Assembly (NCBI GenBank): GCA_028534125.1
Contig: CM052816.1
Coordinates: 40,240,001-40,304,000, forward strand
Source: Lama glama
Lineage: Eukaryota
Direction of reading: 5' to 3'
DNA length: 64,000 nt
Part shown: positions 55,169 through 64,000 of the stretch, one piece after another
Layout of the letters: each line of letters begins with the position of its first letter
How positions within the stretch are numbered: the stretch's first letter is position 1
Position numbers and translations under genes: made by a program
Notes under the pieces: model-generated
Told to the model about the DNA's origin: nothing
The model's input: the letters and a program-made list of their open reading frames with translations, nothing else
Database searches by the model: none

Positions 55169-55469
55169 CTATGAGAATAAGAAATACTCTTCCAACTTAC
55201 TGTTTTGTCCAAATCTTCAGTAAACAAGCTATAATAGATCTCCAACAATTAGATTATTATAAGCTAATGAGATTCTAATATATTTTAATTTGAGGGTAAA
55301 TTTAAGCCTTTTTAAAAAAAGACATTGAAGGTTTTTAAAAAAACTTGCTACTCAGGAACAATAATTCTTCAGAATTAATGCCTTCATTCAGTGACCACCT
55401 CCTGCCAAACCCAACATTTCTCTTTTGCAGTTGCCAAATTTAACTTTCAGAAAATACTCTGAATAGTCA

Positions 55470-55534
55470 GAGTGACATATTATAAGCTATCTGCTCAATA
55501 TTTCTTATCTCCTTTTCATATGCTAATAAAATAT

Positions 55535-55577
<43 letters not shown>

Positions 55578-55885
55578 GGTGAGCAAAATAGGGTGATAGT
55601 CTGTTGGGAGGAAGGGGACAGTTCTGAGAAATTCTGATTTCCTGATAAAGAGACAGAGGTGGTGTGGGTTCTTGCCTCCCACCCTCTTGTTTTCTGGAAT
55701 ACAAACGTAATGGCTGAAACTGCAGCATCCATATAACCAGGATAAAACAAGCGTCAGGAAAGATTTGAGAAAATTGCATAAATATAGCCACTGAATTGAT
55801 GCCAGGAGCCAACTACTGCAGACTTCTTATGATGTGAGAAAAACTTTGGAGTCTTTGTAATTCTAGGTTCTCTATTACTTGTAGT
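55470..55885 (+). mobile_element. Old MLT1 (K/L-like) LTR containing (TTTA)n at ~55533-55577
   Basis: ttctgagaaattctgatttcctgataaa...ggctgaaactgcagcatcc...cagacttcttatgatgtgagaaaaa. Confidence 0.65.
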
Positions 55886-56110
55886 AAAAAATAGTCAAAC
55901 TTACAGAAGCAGAGGGTAGAATAGTGATTACCAGTGATTGAAGGGAGAGGGAATGGAGAATTGCTATTCAAAAGGTATAAAGTTTCAGTTATGAAAGGTG
56001 AATTCATTCTAGAGACCTGCTATAGAACATTGTACCTATGGTAAGCAATGCTATATTATGCACCTAAAAATTTAAGAGGGTAGATCTCATGTTAAATATT
56101 CTTACCAAAT
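55886..56110 (+). mobile_element. L1MA/L1MB 3' end
   Basis: aatagtcaaacttacagaagcagagggtagaatagtgattacc...aagtttcagttatg...gggtagatctcatgttaaatattcttacca. Confidence 0.85.
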
Positions 56111-56749
56111 AATTTTCTATGAGGTAAAGAATGTGTGTAGTATTTATACATTTTATGGAAACCTCAGTTTGAGTATTTTTCAAGCTTCAAGAATGTTGTC
56201 TCTATTCATTATACAATGATACAATAAAAAAGGGCATTATTTTCAAGGACAACCTGAGCTAACTTGGAAAATCTGTCCCAGCATAGTCAAGAGTATTGTT
56301 ATTCTTTGTTCATTTAAATACATTTGCAAATATTAGATCCCTGGAGTCTTTTTCTCCTAGGTCCTTTTTCAGGAGATATAATGTCTGTGGATTTTAAAAA
56401 ATTAACAATGTGAGAAGGCTGGAAAGGTTAATGCCTTAATAATTGTGTTTAGTATTTTTCCTGTCCATAAATTTGAGGTCCTTGTCCCTGTATTGCCCTG
56501 CAACCCAATTCATATAAATCAACCCTATGGGAGGCTATCTTCTGCCTCCCATGCCCATCTATCCCACTATATGCCTTAGAGAGGCTGCAATCCAAATTAT
56601 CACAGCAGAATATAAATCCTAGACGAAAGCAGTAAGTAAGCATTTTATTAAATAGATCAACTGCTCTATGAACAGAAACATGTGATCCAACTGTTCTATA
56701 AGAGTCTTCATTTGATAGAATTAGTTTAGACTAGATCAAACACTTTTGC

Positions 56750-56930
56750 TCTAGATCTGTACTGTCTAACACAATAGCCACGAGCCACAATTGGCAATTT
56801 ACATTCAAATTTCAACGAGTTAAAAATCCAACAAAATTAAAAATTCAATTCTTCAGTCACACTAGTCATATTTTAAATGTTGGAGAGTCACAAATGGCTA
56901 TGGTTATCAAATTGAACAGGACAACTCTAG
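56750..56930. mobile_element. MER3-like hAT-Charlie MITE
   Basis: ctagatctgtactgtctaac...tagccacgagccaca...ttcttcagtcacactagtcatattttaaatg...gaacaggacaactctag. Confidence 0.8.
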
Positions 56931-57072
56931 ACCATGCACTGAGATGAGAAAATGGCATTACCAAACAGAATTTAACATTATATAACATTTGTTATAATAA
57001 TATACAACTTAGTTATGTCCTTAACCAACAAAGACATTGTGATGATGAATGGAGCAAGGCAAATTTTCTTCT

Positions 57073-57620
57073 TCTTTTTTTTTTTTTACATTTTTTATTG
57101 ATTCATAATCATTTTACAGTGTTGTGTCAAATTCCAGTTTTCAGCACAATTTTTCAGTCATTCATGGACATATACACACTCATTGTCACATTTTTTTCTC
57201 TGTGATTTATCATAACATTTTGTGTATATTTCCCTGTGCTATACAGTGTAATCTTGTTTATCTATTTTACAATTTTGAAATCCCAGTCTATCCCTTCCCA
57301 CCCTCTACCCCTCCCCCCCCAGTAACCACAAGTCTGTATTCTCTGTCCATGAGTCTATTTCTGTCCTGTATTTATGCTTTGTTTTTGTTTGTTTGTTTGT
57401 TTTTGTTTTTTAGATTCCACATATGAGCGATCTCATATGGTATTTTTCTTTCTCTTTCTGGCTTACTTCACTTAGAATGACATTCTCTAGGAGCATCCAT
57501 GTTGCTGCAAATGGCATTATNNNNNNNNNNNNNNNNNNNNNNNNNNNNNNNNNNNNNNNNNNNNNNNNNNNNNNNNNNNNNNNNNNNNNNNNNNNNNNNN
57601 NNNNNNNNNNNNNNNNNNNN
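57073..57620 (-). mobile_element. Young camelid L1: poly(A), 3' UTR and intact ORF2 C-terminus; 5' part lost in the assembly gap
   Basis: IMPFAATWMLLENVILSEVSQKEKEKYHMRSLICGI* is the typical L1 ORF2 C-terminus; TSD aaggcaaattttcttct at 57056-57072 and 57621-57637. Confidence 0.95.
57521..57620. other. Assembly gap (100 N, probably placeholder length)
   Basis: Read directly. Confidence 1.
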
Positions 57621-57690
57621 AAGGCAAATTTTCTTCTAAAGCTCAATGTCCACCGAACAGTAAAACATACAAACCCCCCCACAATCTTAC

Positions 57691-57816
57691 ATGAAGGTTC
57701 TCTTTTATTACCTGTTTGAGTAATGACAAGGACAGCATAGTTCCTTTTAAGTGGATAAAGTACAGACTATCCTATTAGTAATACACCACTGGACACCCTT
57801 AAATACCGATTTCTAC
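57691..57816 (-). other. Candidate 126-nt upstream exon with one in-frame TAG
   Basis: Acceptor tactaatgcttactttag|G; donors CAT|gtaaga and CAG|gtaata (exon end 57712), both phase-compatible with exon A; RNRYLRVSSGVLLIG*SVLYPLKRNYAVLVITQTGNKREPS. Confidence 0.3.
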
Positions 57817-58789
57817 CTAAAGTAAGCATTAGTACTTTGACACATTTCTATACACATTCTGTTAACTTAGAATAGCCTTAGTGTTTATTCTGATAGAATG
57901 TTATTGCTCCACATTAAAGGTAGTGATTTAGAAATTAGAACTATTTTCAAACTGATAACTGTTTGAATAAGATCTTCTTAAGGAGAATTTCTGGTTAAAC
58001 ATTTACATCAAATCTGCTTTCTGATTCTGATATGCTGATGTTAATAACCAGAAAGTATTTCATGGCCAAGTAACACTGAGCACAATTGTAATGAACACAT
58101 ACAATACAATATTGAATTTAATGAAGCATGATAAAAGTAGCTAAAAAGCAAATTGAGGTTTTTTTTTTTAATTATATATACTTGGCAGAAAGTACTGGTA
58201 TAGCCTTGAAGTGATAGAAGTACTAGCTTTCAGCAGCTGCTACCAAGAATATCAGAATGTCCTTTAGTGTACATCATTATAAAATAATAATAATAAATTT
58301 ACTGTTTAGCAGAAATCAAAGAGAAAGCAATAAGTATTATTTCCACTTGTTTCATGTTATAAAGCACTGTTCTAAACCATGTTTTTGAGACTGGTTATCA
58401 GTATTTGTTTCCGACATTTTTCTTTGAGAGAAATGAAGGTAATTTTTGGTCAATATATAGCTGTCTCTGATTCCCATCAGTTTTTTTTTCTGAGTGCTGA
58501 AACGTCCTGGACAAGTGTTAAAGAATTGATATTTAGTTTTCAGCTTTATAATTCCTTGTGCAAAATGTTTCAGTAACCAAATAAAGTAAATTACGCTAGT
58601 GTACAAAATTAGAAATCAATAGCAAATTCAAGAGAAGTTATATTAACTAAGCTGCTTGAGCTATTTTTTTCCATATTACCTATAAATTTTCCCATTTTGA
58701 CTTGATTAATCTCAATGCTTAAATTACTGGATATAGTGGTAATTGGTGGTTAACTCCTCAACATCCATTCAATCCCAAATGATAATTCT

Positions 58790-59150
58790 TAACCAGCCGT
58801 GGTACTTCTATTTTTCTTGCCAGGGTTTTTTGTTTAGGAATGATCACATAACCAATGATACAGAAAAGAAAAACAAAAATAAAACTCTTAAGAATTTGTG
58901 GGGAAACCTTTCTCATTTCTAAGAAAGACACAAAATAGCTGGTCCCTACCTTCCACTGAAAATTACCATTCTGGGCATGATTATAGGAACTGCTGGCATC
59001 ATCCTATTATTGGCCTATAAATGAAGCCCACACATGAAAATGGCAAGAACCAAGGGGATCTCAAATAACAGAAGCCATAGCCCTGATGTACTGTGCCTGG
59101 AGTTGTATCTGTTGCATCTTATTTTATAAAATAATAAATTTCCTTTAGGA
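58790..59150 (+). mobile_element. Old MLT1 (K/L-like) LTR fragment
   Basis: gggcatgattataggaactgctggcatcatcct...aaataataaatttcctt. Confidence 0.55.
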
Positions 59151-59724
59151 AATTTATATTAAACCATATACTAGCAGTTTCATATGGTTCAATCTAATGC
59201 AAAGAAACAGTGAAAATAATTATTTCAAATCCTGACCCTGACTACTGCTAACAATCATTATTAAAATTTTAACATATTAAAAGCCACATTAAAAAATACC
59301 TCTCTCACAAAGAGTTGACTACAAAAGGATAGCTTTATGCTGTGTTCAATTGTAAGCAATGAAACTAATTTACATCTCTGGAAATGACTTGCTTCCTGTT
59401 ACTTTGTGGATAGTATTTGGAAAATGAAGAGGAACTAATTCTGGAAAGCACTTAAACAGTGAAGGGAGCATCAATAAGAGATGATCCAACAAGAATCACC
59501 AGAGCTAGACTGTAGACTAGTATGATTCTGCACTGCAGTTGGCAAGGTAGGCAAATAATAACATTTATATTCCTCATTTTGGGCTCCTCAGTTGACAAAA
59601 AAAGAACAATAGCAAGTGCTGGTATAGAAGACAGAATGAATGGATTTTAGAGTTATTCTCTTTATAAGTAAAAATCAAACAAATATTTAAAAAATGGAAT
59701 GAGATTGCAGCAAGAAGAGAAGCC

Positions 59725-59890
59725 TAAATTAAAACTCTCTGAGCATCAGTTTTCCTATCTTTAAAGTGAGAGCAATAGGAACTACTTTGCAAGACAGTCT
59801 TGATGATTTCATTGTACAGGTTAGGAACCTAGCACAGGGTCTTGCACATCCTACACTAAGGTAGGTGTTCACTAATACGTGATTTTTAAT
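59725..59890 (+). mobile_element. MIR SINE fragment
   Basis: aactctctgagcatcagttttcctatctttaaagtgag...cctagcacagggtcttgcacat. Confidence 0.75.
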
Positions 59891-60195
59891 AATCACACCT
59901 GTTACATTTCTGTTAGCCCACTCTGTCCAGGTTTCCCCTGGCTCAGCAACAGGACCTCTGCCTGATCTCATCCCTCTAAAGACATTCTCTCTACCACTAT
60001 CATCCATTTGCTTGGTTTCTTCTACCATTTATATGACTGCTTTGGCAAGCCTGTAGTGAAAATCCTCTTTCAGGGCCTAAGAAGACCTTGTGATAACTCT
60101 CCATAAATACTGATTTTTCCCTTTTATTGGGAGCAAAAAATAGCATTAACCATGATTATCATCTGTCATTAAAGTGAATCACAATAGGCTCTATA

Positions 60196-60643
60196 CAAAC
60201 GGTCCCCAACTTATGATGGTTTGACTTAACAATTTCTTGACTCTATGATGGTGTGAAAGCAATAAGCATTTAGTTGCAACTAAACTTCATATTTTGAATT
60301 TTGATATCTTCTCAGGCTAGTGATATGCAGTATGATACTCTCTCGTGATTTTGGGCAGCGGCAGTGAGCCGCAGTTCCCAGTCGGCCATGGGATCACAAG
60401 AGTATGTTTTCCCTTTCAGTACAGTATTCAGTAAATTATATGAAATATTCAACAGGCTTTGTGTTAGGTGATTTTGTTCAACTATAGGCTAATGTAAGTG
60501 CTCTGAGCATGTTTTAAGTAGGCCAGGCTAAGCGATGATGTTCAGTAGCTTAGGTGTTTTAAATGCATTTTCAACGTAACAGTGTTTTCAATGTATGATG
60601 GATTTATTGAGACATATCCCTATCATAGGTCAAGGAAGATCTG
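60196..60643. mobile_element. MER47/Tigger5-family DNA transposon with TA target duplication
   Basis: ta|caaacggtccccaacttatgatgg ... ctatcataggtcaaggaagatctg|ta imperfect TIRs; gggcagcggcagtgagccgcagttcccagtc. Confidence 0.85.
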
Positions 60644-61346
60644 TATACATCTTTTCTACAAGATGAATGTGAAATGGTAAGTAAACTGATGGCATAATGC
60701 ATGTTTAATAACTAATGCCAACTTTAGAAGATCAGAGAAAGTCCTGCCCATTGAATCTACTTCAAATGAAGTAATAGAGTTTGGACTTGTATATCTCATC
60801 AGAAAACAAACTCTAAGTTACAAAAGGTAATAGGAGCAGAAACACAACTCTACCCATACTTCTTTGAAACTGCTGTCCATTAGTAGAAAAGAAGTGAGTC
60901 TAGTTTCCTCAAAGTGAGAGGAAAAGAAGTCCATGTGTGTATAGGCTTAGAAAAAAATCACAGTAGAGACCTAAAATCAGTATAGGTATTATTTTAAAGA
61001 TGTTTACTACTGTTAGAAGAAAATACAAGGAAAATAGAAAAACTTGTCTTCTCTGCGTTCTGAAATATCCATTTTATTGCTCATTTTAAAAGGGGCAAAA
61101 GTAGGTTGGGCCTAGAGAAGAATGTTACCTCTGGTTTTGGCAAGGTCAAAAAACAGTAATTAGGAAGCCCAAGTCCAGCTATAACTTCTTTGTTCTGTAT
61201 TTCTGGCCTATGTATGTGTATCTACTAGATTTTTAATGACATGAGGCTGGGTGTTTTGTCCTGTTCACCAATATGTCCCCAGAGTTTAGTAGATTGCCTG
61301 GGAATATATGACAGATAGTTTATCATTGCTTTTAATGAAAAAGTGT

Positions 61347-61372
61347 ATGTGTGTGTGTGTGTGTGTGTGTGT
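61347..61372. repeat. (TG)n microsatellite
   Basis: Read directly. Confidence 0.9.
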
Positions 61373-61399
61373 ACATTTCATAGGCTTGTCTGCTGAAAG

Positions 61400-62320
61400 G
61401 GCCAAGAAGCAAGGATACCCAGTAGCAAAGAGCTCATCTACCACCCAAAGGCTCCTTGGAGAAATGGCCAATTCCATGGCTGCAGCAGGGTAGATACAAA
61501 ATGAGCATGGAACATCTTTTTAGGCCAGAATGTAAGGAAGTGCTTTAAAAAATGGGAGCAAGTCACAGGGGCACAGGAACCAGCTTTAAGAGGCTCTCAC
61601 TGGCAAGTATCTTAATGAATTATAAACTTTTGAAAAAAGAGAAAATCATGATTCCATACTGTCAATAAGTAGATAGATAGATAGATAGACAGACAGACAA
61701 AGAAGAAATGAGGGTAAGCTCTTGCTAACAGTACAACATCAATGCTGACTGATAAATATGGAGGAAATGTTGAAGATGGAAAATCATTATTCTGCAACTA
61801 TCATAGTGAAGATTAGATCATGCAAGAATCACGACAAATAGGTATTAAAAGTAGGGGGAAATTTTGATGAGAAGCAGAATATTTTCATGATTTAAAAATG
61901 TCTCTTTATTATTTAAAAAGGGGGGGGACAGCACATACTGTAGAAATCAGACAAAACCTTGAAGAGGTACACCACAATTACCACTGCGAATGAAGGAAAG
62001 ATAGACACCATGTGTCTCCAGATATGATATAATAAAAAGCATATAGAAAGATCTATGTGGTATTTCTGCTCAGAACGCATACCCAGAATCTAATTATGAG
62101 GAAACATCAGAACATCACTTAAATATAAAGTGAGAGGGATGAATCCTTCTATATCTATATTGTGAGAGGGAAAGAGAGAACACAGGAGAACAAATGAAGT
62201 AAAATGTTAAGGACAGGTGATTCTAGATAAAAAGTTTAGAATATTCTTTGTACTATTTTATTCTTGTAACTTTTCTGTAGATTTGAAATTATTCTCAAAC
62301 AAAAAGTTTTTTTTAAAGTA
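61400..62320 (+). mobile_element. L1MC4/5-like 3' region containing (TAGA)n(CAGA)n at ~61669-61698
   Basis: gatggaaaatcattattctgcaactatcatagt, gaatctaattatgaggaaacatcaga, aaaatgttaa..caggtgattctagataaa..ttctttgtactatt. Confidence 0.75.
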
Positions 62321-62789
62321 ATGCATGAATATATGCACTTTGAAGAAAAACAAAATCAAATAACACAGAAGTATACAGAAGAAAAGTGAAAATGAAAATG
62401 AACTGCCAACCTCCCAACCTCACCTTTTCCCCACTAGAAGTAGGTTTCAAAAAATAAGGATTTAAAAAAATTTTCTGTTTTGTTGCTTTAATGTATCCTA
62501 AGAACCAAGGCCAGTACCTGGCATTAAACAGTTGTTATATAAACTAGCTGCTCTATCATTTGTTTATTGGATGAATAAATGAATGAATGAATAGGTAAGC
62601 ACAGTTAACAATTTACTGTTCTCTATCTAGACATATGTATGTTAAAAGTTTTTCCTGTTTTTCAAGTAAATGGTGTCTAAAAAACTCCAGATGATTTAAT
62701 TATCAATTATCATTGATAATTATCCATTATCATTACCCCTGAAACCTCTTCTCCACTATTATTACCATTTTGCTCTCTTTCACCCTCCA

Positions 62790-63400
62790 AACACAATACC
62801 TAAATCTTGTTGAGAATATCTTCCAAAACCTCTTCAATAATTTACTCCTCTCTACTTCCCTTGCTACCACCTAGCACAGGCCACCCCATGGATGTGTACC
62901 ATCTAACTGGTTTTCTTCCTGGTTGCCTTACTCTTTTCCAACGTATGCACAGTAATCTTCAAAACACAGCTTTGATTATGTTTCCCCTGTCTTAAAATTT
63001 TCCAAGTGCCTTTCTGTAACCTGTAGAAGAATTTCTAACTGATTAACATGGATCACAATCTGCCTTCTGATTCTTTGTTCTGCCTTACCCATCATTCTTT
63101 CTTTTGCATTCAAAGCTCAAAAATCATTCATTCACCCATTCTTGTATTTCACACATATTAATACAGTATCTATTTAAATTCTTTTATTTTCTGGAATACA
63201 CTATCTTCTCTTTTGCTTCTGGTACCTTGTGCCTGCAGTTCTCTCTCCAACCCCTTCCCCTGTGTCCACCTTTCATTCTGCTAATTTTTACTCATTTCTC
63301 AAGTCTCAGTTTACGTATCTCTTCCAAAAGGCTTTTCTGGACCATTCGTTTTTGGTTCTGTGTTCTGAGCCCCCACTATATGATCTGATTATATACACTC
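62790..63400 (+). mobile_element. L2 fragments
   Basis: tctaactggttttcttcct...aatcttcaaaacacagctttgattatgtttcccctgtcttaaaattttcca; ctcatttctcaagtctcagttt. Confidence 0.6.
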
Positions 63401-64000
63401 CAGTCAAACAGCATCAATAGTTCTCCAGTGACAGCAGGGTAATACCAAACTCCTTAAAAAGTTACAAAACTCTTCATATTTCCCTCAAATAACAAACTAA
63501 CACACCAAATCCTTGCACATCCCTGTAACCTGCCACAGCTGATCCTCATGTGAAATATCCTGCATATATAAACACACAGGTACACACAACAGGCTGCATT
63601 CTAGACATTTTCTGTTCGCATGCCCTGAACAAACGACGTCCTCCACAACTACCAAACTTTGGGTAGTTGCTGCTGACTATAACAACCTTTGTCTTTAGTC
63701 CAGCACACTTGAAATAGATGAAATAGTATTTTGAAATACTTCAAATCCAGTTCCTCTTTGGAAACAACCTGGACTTCCTAAGTCAACAACTTCCTTTTTT
63801 GTCTTCCCTTTCTCTGTATGTAAGGAAGAGATACCTCATATGCACTTAGCTTTTTAAAATTCTATAAATCCTACACTTTTTGAATACTATAAAAACTCTG
63901 CAGAAAATTAAAAGAAAGAAGTAATATAAAAAGTGAGACTCTACCCCCATCCTACTCAATGAGCACCTTCTGTAGGGTGAGCTCAAGGTGAGAGAAATGA

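Noticed and set aside
57410..57719. ORFs spanning the N run
   Set aside because: Artefacts of the gap; the only real part is the L1 ORF2 C-terminus
59898..60050. Minus-strand exon-like segment (cactacag|G ... CAG|gtgtga; MVEETKQMDD...NVTG) phase-compatible with the 57816 candidate
   Set aside because: The plus strand aligns by eye to the L2 RT region (GVPQGS..LIHSHGFNYHLY-type DNA) and all three frames contain stops; more likely an antisense L2 remnant
61129..61207. 79-nt open minus-strand exon candidate PEIQNKEVIAGLGLPNYCFLTLPKPE with donor GAG|gtaac
   Set aside because: Acceptor lacks a pyrimidine tract, abuts an L2 end, and its phase does not join the downstream candidates; recheck with RNA-seq
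63546..63707. Minus-strand acceptor followed by 53 open codons (CAGLKTKVV...)
   Set aside because: No convincing donor before the stop and no recognisable homology

Overview
AT-rich, CpG-depleted mammalian genomic DNA, most likely camelid (alpaca/camel), judged from two camelid-type tRNA-derived SINEs and four young L1 3' ends. Much of the window is decayed interspersed repeat: L2, MIR, old L1M, MaLR/ERVL/ERV1 LTRs, an ERVL provirus remnant with pol, and hAT and Tigger/Mariner elements. Many of these are nested. Repeat family names are from recollection of consensus sequences, not a database search, and most boundaries are approximate. There is no prokaryotic-type system, CRISPR array, rRNA or tRNA gene. 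The supplied ORFs are essentially noise or TE remnants. The best gene evidence is the probable 3' end of an unidentified minus-strand spliced gene at about 53.7-57.8 kb. It has three tandem splice acceptors that could give different short C-termini, a UTR-like repeat-free stretch, and a possible upstream exon carrying an in-frame stop. Clear structural observations are a 182-bp local duplication with reciprocal CpG decay, a 56-bp L1 micro-insertion with a perfect 16-bp TSD, and a young L1 whose 5' part lies in the 100-N gap. I found no well-supported novel biological system; the gene-end architecture is the best lead.
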